Assembly: GCA_946411635.1 (NCBI GenBank)
Contig: CAMKES010000002.1
Location: forward strand, 134,585 to 198,584
Direction: 5' to 3'
Length of the DNA: 64,000 nt
Origin: an uncultured Clostridia bacterium
GTDB taxonomy: Bacteria > Bacillota > Clostridia > Christensenellales > CAG-138
This document shows, one piece after another, positions 30,160-39,334 of the stretch. The notes below the pieces were generated by a model that did not search any database, was not told the origin of the DNA, and saw nothing but the letters and a program-made list of their open reading frames with translations. Made by a program: the position numbers and the translations under genes. Numbering within the stretch: the stretch's first letter is position 1; each line of letters begins with the position of its first letter.

Positions 30160-31353
30160 TTAGCCCTTGATGTTGCCGTACGGATTGACGGTGATGGTGG
30201 TTGCGGGCATATCGCCGATCGCGTTGGAAACGGTGATTTCGCCTGCAAACATCTTCGCAACAAGCGCCTTATAGTCGTCCTGGGTGAAGGAATCTGCCCA
30301 CTGGGTGGACTCCATCGGGATCTGGACGAAGTTGACCGTGGGATCCTCGCCGGAAACGAGACCGAGGTTTGCAACCTTGCCCGCGTAGTCTGCCCACTTG
30401 CCGTTCAGAACGACGTCGCTGAGCGTCGCCTTAACGGTTGCTGCCAGACCCTTCATAGCAGAGGTAACGGTCATGCCTTCGCCGCCGAGACCTGCGATGA
30501 TCGCAGCCTGGTCGACGTCGACGCCGATGACCTTCGCGCCGTCAACCTTCTTGGCCGCTTCAACCGCGGAGGTGTAGATGCCGCCGCCGCAAGCGAAGAC
30601 GACTTCAACGCCCTTGGTCTGATACCAGGTATCCATGTAAGCGGTGATATCCGGATCGCCGAAGAACTGGTTGCCGTAGACGTACTCAACGGTCACCTGG
30701 TCCGCAATGTTGAGCTCAACAGCCGCCGCATCTGCGCCCTGGACGAAGCCGTAGCCGTAACGGATAACCGCCGGAACCGCCATGCCGCCGAGGAAGCCGA
30801 GGTGCTTATAGCCCAGCTTGACCGCCGCGTAGCCCGCCATGTAGCCGCAAAGCTCTTCCTGGTAGACCGCGCAGTAGGTGTTGCTCACGTCGACGAAGTC
30901 GGCGAGATTCCAGTTGTCGGGATTGTAGTCATACTGCTGACCCGCAGCGGTGACTGCCGCTTCGAGCAGATCGCCGAGGGAAACGTCCAGCGCGATGAAC
31001 TTGACGTCCGGATACTTCGGAGCAACTTCAACAACGGTGCCTGCAAATGCGAAGCCCGGCATAACGATTACGTTGTAGCCTTCGTCGATCGCAGCTTCAA
31101 CCGCGGAAACACGCTCTGCAGTGCTGTCGCCGGACGGCTTCTTGTAGGTGAATTCCACTTTGTTCGCTTCGCAGAATTCCTTGCAGCCTTCGTAGGTCGC
31201 CTGGTTGAAGGACTCGTCGGTGATGTCGCCGTAGTCCGTGACCATTGCAACTTTGTACTCTGCTGCTGCCTGTTCGCCTTCCTTCTTTTCGCCGCATGCG
31301 ACGAGTGCAAGGACCATTACGAGAACCATCAGCATAGCAATGATTTTCTTCAT
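30160..31353 (-). CDS. BMP-family ABC substrate-binding lipoprotein (system 2)
   Basis: 397 aa with the lipoprotein signal MKKIIAMLMVLVMVLALVAC|GE. The ATG at 31353 has a GGAGGAAAGA RBS. Confidence 0.9.
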   Translation of the reverse strand: MKKIIAMLMVLVMVLALVACGEKKEGEQAAAEYKVAMVTDYGDITDESFNQATYEGCKEFCEANKVEFTYKKPSGDSTAERVSAVEAAIDEGYNVIVMPGFAFAGTVVEVAPKYPDVKFIALDVSLGDLLEAAVTAAGQQYDYNPDNWNLADFVDVSNTYCAVYQEELCGYMAGYAAVKLGYKHLGFLGGMAVPAVIRYGYGFVQGADAAAVELNIADQVTVEYVYGNQFFGDPDITAYMDTWYQTKGVEVVFACGGGIYTSAVEAAKKVDGAKVIGVDVDQAAIIAGLGGEGMTVTSAMKGLAATVKATLSDVVLNGKWADYAGKVANLGLVSGEDPTVNFVQIPMESTQWADSFTQDDYKALVAKMFAGEITVSNAIGDMPATTITVNPYGNIKG

Positions 31354-31502
31354 AGTTGTTTCTTTCCTCCTGATTCGTTTTCCTGTTTTGTGCAGGATAA
31401 TAAATTTGCACGCCATACGTACGCACGTATTATAACAGATACAAATCCAGAATGGAAGAGGATTCTTTCATTTTTTTCAAAAAATTTTGTTCTTTGCGGG
31501 TA

Positions 31503-31533
31503 AAACAAAAGCCGGCCGCGGTTGCGGTCGGCT
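31503..31533 (-). terminator. Terminator after the ispH-rpsA fusion gene
   Basis: The minus strand reads AGCCGACCGC-AACC-GCGGCCGGCT (one mismatch) followed by TTTTGTTTTAC. Confidence 0.6.
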
Positions 31534-31560
31534 TTGTTTCCGTGGTTTTCCGGACGAAGA

Positions 31561-33960
31561 TTACTCTTCCTCTTCCGCCTTGAAGTTCGCAAACAGGCTC
31601 GCCAGAGAGGTGGTCGTCTGCGTGACCGGGGGCAGTTCGTAATCGCCGTCCTCGGAGTTGCGGCGGCGGCGATCCGGACGGGATTCGCGGCGTTCGCCGT
31701 TCTCCTGCGTGCGGCGCGCACCGCGCTCCTCACGCTCCTTGTTCTGCTGCTCACGCTGCGCTTCGCGCTGTGCTTTGCGCTCCGCGTTGATGCGCTCGCG
31801 CTCCGCTTTCTCCGCCGCGAGCTGCTCCGCGATCTCGGGGTTCTCCTCGATCAGAGCGTCCTTGCGGGAAAGGCTGATGCGCTTTGCTTCGACGTTGACG
31901 TCGAGCACCTTGCAGCGAACGATGTCGCCGACCTTGATCTCGTCTTCGACCTTCTCGATGCGGTGGATGCCGACCTGAGAGATGTGGATGAGACCGTCGA
32001 TCGTCGGCTCCAGCGCGACGAACGCGCCGAACGGAACGATACGGACGACCTTGCCCTCGACGATGGTGCCGATCGGGTACTTCTCAGCCGCCTTGGTCCA
32101 GGGCTTCGGCTGAAGCTGCTTGTAGCCCAGGGAAATGCGTTCCTTCTCGCGGTCGACGCCGAGGATCAGCACTTCGATCTCCTGGCCGATGGACAGCGCG
32201 TCGCTCGGATGCTTCACTCTGCCCCATGCGCAGTCGGTCACGTGGACGAGACCGTCCAGGCCGCCGATGTCGACGAACGCGCCGAAATCGGTGATGCGGC
32301 GGACGACGCCGTGGACCTTCTCGCCGACGACGAGCGCGTCCCACTTGGCCGCCTTCGCTGCCTTTGCCTCCTCGATGAGGACCTGCTTGATGGAAGCGAC
32401 GATGCGCTTCTTCGCCTTGTCCGCCTCGAGGACCTTGACCTTGATCTGCTTGCCGACGTAGTCGTTGAGATTCTCAACGTATTTCGTGGAAACGTGCGAA
32501 GCGGGAATAAAGGCGCGGACGCCGTTGATGTCGGCGATCAGACCGCCCTTGACGACTTCCCGGACCACTGCCTCAAAGGTCTTGCCTTCGACTTCGTCTG
32601 CGAACATTTCGTCCATCAGCTTCTTGCCTTCGACATTCTTGCGGGAAAGCCGTACGTTGCCTTCGCCGTCGTTGACCATGAGAACTTCTACGTCGATGCT
32701 GTCACCCTCTTTGACAACGTCTTCCGCACGGACTTCGGGATCCGCGGAGAATTCTCCCTTCGGAATCACGCCGTCGGCCTTGTAGCCGATATTGACGAAT
32801 ACTTCGCCGTCCACGATCTGGAGCACGGTGCCCGTGATCAGCTGGCCGGGATGGATCCGCTTGACGGTCTTTTCAAAGGCCTGTTCAAAAGTCTCGGGCT
32901 CGGCTTCCGCCTCCTCCTCGACCGCAACGGGTGCCGCTGCTTCTTCGACTGCTTCCGCGACTGCTTCTTCAACTGCCGCAGGAGCTTCTTCGACGGCCTC
33001 CTTGATCTCTTCGACCGCTTCCGCAACGGGTTCGACTGCCGTCTGCGCTTCTTCCGCAACGGCTTCAGTGGCTTCGGCGACAACCTCAGCGGGAGCTTCC
33101 GCTTCGATGGTTTCAACTGTCGTCTTTTCGAGTTCGCTCATTACTTGTTTAACCTCCCTAATCATCGCTGTTGGCGTCGATGCGCCTGCGATAATCCCTA
33201 TTATATCATCGTGTTTGATTTTTGCAAGAGAAATTTTACCGATATCGTCGATGATTTCGGCCTTTTCGCAAGTTTTTTTGCACAATTCCAGCAGCGCGCA
33301 CGTGTTTGCGCTCGTTTCCGAGCCGAGAACGAAGACTCTCGTACACCGTTTTGCCAGCATTTCCGCCTCGGTCTGCCGAAGACGCGTGGTGTCGCAGATC
33401 GTGCAGTGCGCGTTCAGTTCCGGAATCCTTTGCCCGAGAACGGCAAGCGCGGCGTCCCAGACCTCTTTTTTGGCGGTCGTCTGCGAGACGAACGTAACGG
33501 GACCGTCCGCTTCGATCGCTTCCGCTTCCTTTGCGTCCGAAACCGTGACGGCGTTCTCCCCCGCCCGGCTCCGGATGCCGACGACCTCCGGATGCGTGGG
33601 CTTGCCGAGGATCACGACGCGTTCGCCCGCCGCGCTCGCGCGCCCGACGATCCTGTGGATGCGCTTCACGAACGGACAGGTCGCGTCGATCACGCGAACG
33701 CCCTTTTCCTCACAGGCGCGGAACACGTCCTCCGGCGCGCCGTGCGCCCGGATCACGAGCACGTCGCCCGCCGAAAGCGCGTCGAGCGAGTCGACGGCTT
33801 TGATGCCGCGCGTTTCCAGCTCGTTCACGACGCGTTCGTTGTGGATGATCTTGCCGAAGGTGAACACGCGCGCGTCCGACGACGCCGCCTCGTTGACGAG
33901 TTCGATCGCGCGGGACACGCCGAAGCAGAAGCCGCTGTGTTTTGCGAGCAGGACCTTCAT
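31561..33960 (-). CDS. ispH: Fusion protein: 4-hydroxy-3-methylbut-2-enyl diphosphate reductase (IspH/LytB) + ribosomal protein S1 repeats
   Basis: 799 aa. The N-terminal ~280 aa are IspH-like (MKVLLAKHSGFCFGVSRAIE..., CPFV). An acidic Ala/Glu linker follows, then four S1 motifs (GTVLQIV.., GVVRRITDFGAFVDIGG.., GKVVRIVPFGAFVAL..). The ATG at 33960 has a GGAGG RBS. Confidence 0.9.
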   Translation of the reverse strand: MKVLLAKHSGFCFGVSRAIELVNEAASSDARVFTFGKIIHNERVVNELETRGIKAVDSLDALSAGDVLVIRAHGAPEDVFRACEEKGVRVIDATCPFVKRIHRIVGRASAAGERVVILGKPTHPEVVGIRSRAGENAVTVSDAKEAEAIEADGPVTFVSQTTAKKEVWDAALAVLGQRIPELNAHCTICDTTRLRQTEAEMLAKRCTRVFVLGSETSANTCALLELCKKTCEKAEIIDDIGKISLAKIKHDDIIGIIAGASTPTAMIREVKQVMSELEKTTVETIEAEAPAEVVAEATEAVAEEAQTAVEPVAEAVEEIKEAVEEAPAAVEEAVAEAVEEAAAPVAVEEEAEAEPETFEQAFEKTVKRIHPGQLITGTVLQIVDGEVFVNIGYKADGVIPKGEFSADPEVRAEDVVKEGDSIDVEVLMVNDGEGNVRLSRKNVEGKKLMDEMFADEVEGKTFEAVVREVVKGGLIADINGVRAFIPASHVSTKYVENLNDYVGKQIKVKVLEADKAKKRIVASIKQVLIEEAKAAKAAKWDALVVGEKVHGVVRRITDFGAFVDIGGLDGLVHVTDCAWGRVKHPSDALSIGQEIEVLILGVDREKERISLGYKQLQPKPWTKAAEKYPIGTIVEGKVVRIVPFGAFVALEPTIDGLIHISQVGIHRIEKVEDEIKVGDIVRCKVLDVNVEAKRISLSRKDALIEENPEIAEQLAAEKAERERINAERKAQREAQREQQNKEREERGARRTQENGERRESRPDRRRRNSEDGDYELPPVTQTTTSLASLFANFKAEEEE

Positions 33961-34559
33961 CACATCGCCTCCGCGATCTCTCTGAGCGTCATCATGGAAT
34001 CGGTGATCGCCGCATTGACGGCGTCGACCGGCTTTTTGCCCGGGCACCGCGCTTTGACCTCCGCCGGATAGATCGGGTCGCCGACCGCGACGCGCAGCCG
34101 CTGCCCGAACTTCCGGTCGTGATGCACGATATAAAGCGGAACGATCGGCGCGTCCGCGCGCAAGGCGATGAACGCGCAGCCCTTGTCGAACGCGTCCATG
34201 TCGACCTCCGTCGAACAGCGGTGCCCCTCCGGGAAGATGCCGAACGCCTTGCCCTTTTCCAGCAGCTGGCAGGCGTGGCGGATGGATTTCGTATCGGCGG
34301 TGCGCTGGTTGACGGGGAACGCGAGCGCAAGGCGGTACAGCGTCGCCATGAGCTTCGATGTGAACAGCGTGGACTTTGCCATGAAGTGGACGCAGCGCCA
34401 GACGAGCACGGCGATCCAGACCGGGTCGCTCATCTTGACGTGATTCGACACGTAGATGACCTTGCCCTTGCTCTTCAGCGCGGCGCGGTTATGGATCTTC
34501 GGGCGTCCGTACAGCCAGAGGATCGGCTTCAGGATGGCGCACACGACGACGTACAGCAT
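33960..34559 (-). CDS. plsC: 1-acyl-sn-glycerol-3-phosphate acyltransferase
   Basis: 199 aa with the acyltransferase motifs SNHVKMSDP (NHxxxxD) and IFPEGHR. Confidence 0.85.
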   Translation of the reverse strand: MLYVVVCAILKPILWLYGRPKIHNRAALKSKGKVIYVSNHVKMSDPVWIAVLVWRCVHFMAKSTLFTSKLMATLYRLALAFPVNQRTADTKSIRHACQLLEKGKAFGIFPEGHRCSTEVDMDAFDKGCAFIALRADAPIVPLYIVHHDRKFGQRLRVAVGDPIYPAEVKARCPGKKPVDAVNAAITDSMMTLREIAEAM

Positions 34560-34560
34560 G

Positions 34561-35214
34561 TCAGACCTCCGAAAGGATCGCGTTGACGGCTTCTTCGATC
34601 GTCAGATCGGTGGTGTCGATCTTCTTCGTATCTTCGCCGCAGAAGAGCGGCTTGTACGCGCGCTCGGTGTCCTGTTTGTCGCGGCGGATAATGTCGTGCA
34701 GGATCGTTTCGTAATCGGCGGGCTGTCCGCTTTCGAGCAGCTGCTTCACGCGCCGGTTTGCGCGTTCCTCCGCCGACGCCGTGACGAAAAACTTGTACGG
34801 CGTGTCCGGCAGCACGTTCGTGCAGATGTCGCGCCCGTCCATGACCACGCGCGTTTCATGCGCGACCTCGCGCTGAAGTTCCGTCATCCGGTCGCGCACG
34901 GCAGGCACGCGGCTCACGAGCGACGCGCCCTGGCTGATCTCCTCCGTGCGGAGTTCGCCCGTCACGTCGTCGCCGTCGAGCAGCATGTGCTGCACGCCGT
35001 CTTCATGCCGGACCCGTACGTCGATCATGCCGACAAGGCGCGCGATCGCGTCCTCGTCCGCAAAATCGATGCCGTGCCGCTTCGCCGCAACGGCGACCGT
35101 GCGGTACATGGCCCCCGTATCGAGATACGGAATGTTCAGGATCTGCGCGATGCGCTTTGCGACCGTGCTCTTGCCCGCGCCGGCAGGCCCGTCGATTGCA
35201 ATGCTTTGTTTCAT
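34561..35214 (-). CDS. cmk: Cytidylate kinase
   Basis: 217 aa (IAIDGPAGAGKSTVAKRIA...YLDTGAMYR). Confidence 0.93.
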   Translation of the reverse strand: MKQSIAIDGPAGAGKSTVAKRIAQILNIPYLDTGAMYRTVAVAAKRHGIDFADEDAIARLVGMIDVRVRHEDGVQHMLLDGDDVTGELRTEEISQGASLVSRVPAVRDRMTELQREVAHETRVVMDGRDICTNVLPDTPYKFFVTASAEERANRRVKQLLESGQPADYETILHDIIRRDKQDTERAYKPLFCGEDTKKIDTTDLTIEEAVNAILSEV

Positions 35215-35219
35215 ATTGA

Positions 35220-36446
35220 TTATACCTCCGTAGGAATGCTGCTACCTGCGAGCGCGCCCGTCGACCAGGCGATCTGCAGGTTGAATCCGCCCGTAAAGGC
35301 GTCCGTATCGAGAAGCTCGCCCGCAAAGAACAACCGTTGGACGAGCCGGGATTCCATCGTGGACGGGTTGACCTCCCTGACCGAAACGCCGCCGCGCGTG
35401 ACCACCGCCTCCGCGATCGGACGCGCGCCTCTGACATGAAGCTTCAGCCCCTTCAGCGCCCCGACCAGCGCTCTGCGCTGCGCCTTCGTGCAGTTGCCCG
35501 CCTGCGCCGTGCCGTCGATCCCCGCCGCGTCGAGCACGACCGGCAGAAGCCGCTGCGGCAGAAGTCCGTACAGCGCGCCCGAAAACGTCTTTTTCGCGTT
35601 CGCGGACAGATCGCGCAGGAGCCTTGCGTCAAGCTGCTCTTCGGTGAGTCCCGGCTTCAGGTCGATCGAGAGCACCGTGCCCTCGGGCCGCTCCGCGACG
35701 AGCGCCGAGCACGAGAGCACCAGCGGTCCGGAAACGCCGAAATGCGTGAGCAGCATTTCGCCGAGTTCGGAATAGACCTCCCTGCCGTCCCGGTACGCCG
35801 TCAGCGTAACGTTTTTCAGCGTAAGCCCGGAAAGCTCCGCGCACCAGGTCTCCTCCGTTTCGAGCGGGACAAGCGACGCTTTTGGCGGAACGACGGTATG
35901 ACCGAGCGCCTGCGCGAAGCGGAATCCGTCGCCGGTGCTGCCCGTGGACGGATAGGAAAGCCCGCCCGTCGCAAGGATCACCGCGTCGAACGGTTCGACC
36001 GTCTCGCCGACGCGCACGCCGGAAACGGCGCCGCCGGTCGTCAGGATCTCCGAAACGCGCGTGTTCAGCCGCACGTCGACGCCGTTTGCGCGCACCGTGC
36101 GCTCAAGCGCCTTCAGAATGTCGCTCGAATGATCCGACGCCGGGAACACGCGCTGACCGCGCTCGATCTTCAGCGGCACGCCCGCAGTCTCGATCAGCGA
36201 CATGATCGCGGCGCTGTCGAAGTGCGCGTACGCGCTGTACAGAAAGCGTGGATTCCGCACGACGTGCCGGAAAAACCCCTCCCGGTCCGCGGCGTTGGTG
36301 ACGTTGCAGCGGCCCTTGCCGGTGATGAACAGCTTTTTGCCGAGCTTTTCGTTGCGTTCAAAGATCGTGACGCCGTGCCCGTTTTCCGCCGCCTTGATCG
36401 CGGCGAGCTGTCCCGCCGCGCCGCCGCCGATGACCGCGACTCTCAT
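35220..36446 (-). CDS. HI0933/YhiN(BaiN)-family FAD-dependent oxidoreductase
   Basis: 408 aa with the dinucleotide-binding N-terminus MRVAVIGGGAAGQLAAIKAAE and a TGKGRCNVTN segment. The ATG at 36446 has a GGAGG RBS and overlaps the surE stop. The ORF-track 758-aa version is an artefactual upstream extension. Confidence 0.88.
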   Translation of the reverse strand: MRVAVIGGGAAGQLAAIKAAENGHGVTIFERNEKLGKKLFITGKGRCNVTNAADREGFFRHVVRNPRFLYSAYAHFDSAAIMSLIETAGVPLKIERGQRVFPASDHSSDILKALERTVRANGVDVRLNTRVSEILTTGGAVSGVRVGETVEPFDAVILATGGLSYPSTGSTGDGFRFAQALGHTVVPPKASLVPLETEETWCAELSGLTLKNVTLTAYRDGREVYSELGEMLLTHFGVSGPLVLSCSALVAERPEGTVLSIDLKPGLTEEQLDARLLRDLSANAKKTFSGALYGLLPQRLLPVVLDAAGIDGTAQAGNCTKAQRRALVGALKGLKLHVRGARPIAEAVVTRGGVSVREVNPSTMESRLVQRLFFAGELLDTDAFTGGFNLQIAWSTGALAGSSIPTEV

Positions 36447-37201
36447 GCTTCGCCTCCGAATTCCTCCGAGAGATCGACCGCGCAGAGGTCCTCGCTGTGA
36501 AAGCCCATCGGCGTGACCGTGACGAAACCGCGGCGTACCCACGCGTCGTCGGTATCGTCGTTCGGATCGCAATCGAGCCTGCCGCGCGGCGCCCAGTAAT
36601 AGGGCCGTCCGAGCGGATCCTCGCACCGCACGTACGTCTTGTTGTACCGTACCGTCGCAAGGTTCGCAAGCCGGTAGCCGCGGATCTCCTCCGTCGGCAG
36701 ATCGGGCACGTTGACGTTGTAAAACATGCCGGACGGCAGCGGATGACGCCGGACGATCTCCAGCATCCGCTTCGTGACGGCGACCGCGGTCCCGAAATGC
36801 ACGGGATGCCTGCGGTCGACCGACATCGCGATCGCCTGCACGCCGGAGAGCGCCGCCTCCTGCGCCGCCGCGCACGTGCCGGAATAGAGCGTGTCGGTGC
36901 CGAGGTTCGGTCCGTGATTGATGCCGGAAACGACGATATCCGGCTGCTCGGGCACGAGATTCCCGAGACCGAGCCGCACGCAGTCCACCGGCAGGCCGTC
37001 GACCGCATACGCAAGCGCGACGCCTTCGATCTCGCGCGGAACGGCGCGAAGCGGCAGATTCAGCGTCATGCCTTTGCTGACCGCGCTGCGCTCGCGGTCC
37101 GGCGCGACCGTCCAGACCGTGTGTTTTTCCGAAAGTCCGTGCATCAGCGCGCGGATGCCCGCCGCGTCGATGCCGTCGTCGTTGACCAGAAGGATCTTCA
37201 T
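36443..37201 (-). CDS. surE: 5'/3'-nucleotidase SurE
   Basis: 252 aa (MKILLVNDDGIDAAGIRAL...GINHGPNLG). The ATG at 37201 has a GGGGGAA RBS. Confidence 0.92.
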   Translation of the reverse strand: MKILLVNDDGIDAAGIRALMHGLSEKHTVWTVAPDRERSAVSKGMTLNLPLRAVPREIEGVALAYAVDGLPVDCVRLGLGNLVPEQPDIVVSGINHGPNLGTDTLYSGTCAAAQEAALSGVQAIAMSVDRRHPVHFGTAVAVTKRMLEIVRRHPLPSGMFYNVNVPDLPTEEIRGYRLANLATVRYNKTYVRCEDPLGRPYYWAPRGRLDCDPNDDTDDAWVRRGFVTVTPMGFHSEDLCAVDLSEEFGGEA

Positions 37202-37274
37202 TCCATATTCCCCCATTTTGTTCTGTCTGCATTATACCAAACCCGTCCCCGTTTCGCAAGGACTTCGGCGCATG

Positions 37275-37299
37275 AAAAACGGACGCCCGAAAGCGTCCG
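37275..37299 (-). terminator. Terminator after beta-propeller gene 1
   Basis: The minus strand reads CGGACGC-TTTCGG-GCGTCCG followed by TTTTTCATG, 17 nt after the stop at 37316. Confidence 0.75.
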
Positions 37300-37315
37300 A
37301 ACGGTAAAACCGCGA

Positions 37316-39211
37316 TCAATTCAATTCGAGGCAGAAGATGCGGGTCTGCTCCGTCGTGCCGGTGGTGGCGACGACGACGTAGTTGTTGAAGGCGACCGGC
37401 GTCGCGTCGATGCGGGCGCCGAGCTTCAATGCGGAAAGAGCGTTGTCGCCGGGACGCGCCGCGTCGTACAGACGGACGGCGCCGCTGCGGTCGCACGCGA
37501 TCAGGTACGCATCGCCGCGCTTGTTGTAGACGACGAGCGGCGAAGAAACGTAGTCCGCGCCGTCGGTCTGTTTGATCTCCCAGCGCACCTTTCCGGTGTC
37601 GCGCTCATAGGCGACGATCTTACCGCCGTACCCGTAAACCACGTTGCCTTCCGCGTCGACGGTGTCGACCGTAAGCCCGTAAAACGAGACGATGAGAAGA
37701 TCGCCGATCGTGCCGTGACCGATGTGCGGCGTGGCCTTTGCGCCGCCCTTCATGGCGTTCGCGGTGGTCGGGTCGAGGATCTGTACGATCTGCTTCTGCT
37801 CCCAGAGCATTTTGCCGGTGAGACCGTCGAATTTGCGGACGTAGGCATATCCGTAGCCGTTCGACAGGGTCTCGTCCTGCACGTTCGTCTGCGAGCAGGT
37901 GTACACGTAGATCGTTCCGGCGTCGCCGTCCTCCTCGATGACCGGCGTCGCGTCGGAATCTCCTCCGACATCGGCGACGAACTGAAGCTTCAGCGTGTTC
38001 AGATCGATGCACTGGAGCCTGCCGCCGTTGTCGGTCAGGTACAGATAATTGCGGAACGCGGCGACCGAGGATTCGAAGCCGTAAGAGCGCTTGCCCGGAA
38101 ACTCGGTGCCGGAATAGCCGGTGCCGCTGTAACGGTACTTGATGCGGTCGCCCGGACGGATCGAGAGCGAACCGGTCTCCGCGTCGTAGGACGTGTGCAG
38201 CTCGACGAGATACAGGACGCCGTTCTCGCCCGGCCAGATCAGCGTGTCGTTGATGATGAGCGGGCTCGAGTCGAACGCGCCCCAGTCGGTGCGGCGCGCG
38301 GTGTAGTCCTTGCCGCTGACGACGGTCTCGCGCGTGTTGCTGCAGAGATTGACCGCATAGGTCGCGGATTTGTTGGTGCCGTTTTCGGAAGCGGTGCCCT
38401 GCCCGATATAGAGCATCGGAATGCCGGTGGGATCGAGCGTGGGCGTGCCGAACATCGGCGCGCCGATTGGGATCGTCTCACGCGTGCGGGTTCCCGTTTC
38501 CAGTTCGTAGAAATAGATATTGCCGTCCGACGCGCAGAGGATGACCTCGTGAAGCTCGTCCTTGTTCTTGAATTCGTCGCGCACGCCGAGCGTCTTCAGC
38601 GTCTGCCCTTCCCACGTGACGATCAGCGGCTGACCGGTCCACGACGCGCCGGCAAAGCCGTTTGCGGAACCGATGGCGAACGCCCAGTCCTGCTTCATCG
38701 TCTGCATCGTGACCGTCGCGTATCCGTACGCGAATCCGCTGCGGTAATTGTTGCCCGCAAAGGTCGTGACGCCTTTCACCGCCGAGTATTCGGATCCCGG
38801 ACCGAAGGAAAAATCGTTTTCGTTCGGATTCGAGGAATAGCTCTCGTCGCGGTTGTTCTTGCGGATCTCGTAGGTAAAGCCGAAATTCGAGGGCTTCGAC
38901 TCCTCCGCCGCCTCCGCGCGGTACGTTCTGTCCTTCGGAAGCGCGGGCGGATCCGGGATCACCGACAGTTCGTTCTGTGCGGGGGCCGTGGCGGCGGCGC
39001 CCGGCGCGCTCGTTTCCGTGCCCGGATCGATCTCCTGCGCGAGCGAAAGCGCATCCTCGGCTCCGCCGCAGCGCGACCGGCGGCTGCCGGACGTATTGCT
39101 GCAGAGACCCGCCGCAAAGATCAGCAAAGCGACGGCGATCACCAGGATGAACACCGACGCGCAGAACAGTATGAACTTCGGACTGACCGTCCGTTCGTTT
39201 CTTCTTGCCAT
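37316..39211 (-). CDS. Membrane-anchored PQQ-like/BamB-like beta-propeller repeat protein (paralog 1)
   Basis: 631 aa with an N-terminal TM anchor (FILFCASVFILVIAVALLIFAAGL) and an extracytoplasmic region. That region shares blocks with paralog 2: TF.GNN.R, WTGQPLIV.W, DGNIYF..LETG and P.LY.G.G. The start at 39211 was chosen because a terminator and a promoter occupy 39218-39315. Confidence 0.8.
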   Translation of the reverse strand: MARRNERTVSPKFILFCASVFILVIAVALLIFAAGLCSNTSGSRRSRCGGAEDALSLAQEIDPGTETSAPGAAATAPAQNELSVIPDPPALPKDRTYRAEAAEESKPSNFGFTYEIRKNNRDESYSSNPNENDFSFGPGSEYSAVKGVTTFAGNNYRSGFAYGYATVTMQTMKQDWAFAIGSANGFAGASWTGQPLIVTWEGQTLKTLGVRDEFKNKDELHEVILCASDGNIYFYELETGTRTRETIPIGAPMFGTPTLDPTGIPMLYIGQGTASENGTNKSATYAVNLCSNTRETVVSGKDYTARRTDWGAFDSSPLIINDTLIWPGENGVLYLVELHTSYDAETGSLSIRPGDRIKYRYSGTGYSGTEFPGKRSYGFESSVAAFRNYLYLTDNGGRLQCIDLNTLKLQFVADVGGDSDATPVIEEDGDAGTIYVYTCSQTNVQDETLSNGYGYAYVRKFDGLTGKMLWEQKQIVQILDPTTANAMKGGAKATPHIGHGTIGDLLIVSFYGLTVDTVDAEGNVVYGYGGKIVAYERDTGKVRWEIKQTDGADYVSSPLVVYNKRGDAYLIACDRSGAVRLYDAARPGDNALSALKLGARIDATPVAFNNYVVVATTGTTEQTRIFCLELN

Positions 39212-39217
39212 GAGGGT

Positions 39218-39246
39218 ATTATACCGTATCGCGCGCGGATGCGCAA
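39218..39246 (-). promoter_or_regulatory. Promoter positioned for a leaderless transcript of propeller gene 1
   Basis: The minus strand shows TTGCGC (39241-39246), 17 nt, TATAAT (39218-39223), 6 nt, then the ATG at 39211. There is no SD-like sequence in between. Confidence 0.5.
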
Positions 39247-39277
39247 CGCGTAAATGCAAACTATTTTCGACTTTTCC

Positions 39278-39315
39278 GTAAAAGAAAATCCCCTTCCGCA
39301 AAGCGCGGAAGGGGA
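39278..39315 (-). terminator. Terminator after beta-propeller gene 2
   Basis: The minus strand reads TCCCCTTCCGC-GCTTT-GCGGAAGGGGA followed by TTTTCTTTTAC, 20 nt after the stop at 39335. Confidence 0.8.
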
Positions 39316-39334
39316 TCGGTTTTTTTCGTCGGGA

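Noticed and set aside
35220-37496. 758-aa ORF suggesting a much larger flavoprotein. There are similar N-terminal over-extensions at 2616..3947, 5795..8431, 19116..20432, 20291..21976, 24151..25362, 31561..34047 and 37316..39301.
   Set aside because: In every case an internal start has a GGAGG-type RBS and coincides with, or abuts, the stop of the upstream gene or a terminator. The extension is Arg-rich and overlaps a well-supported neighbouring gene in another frame.
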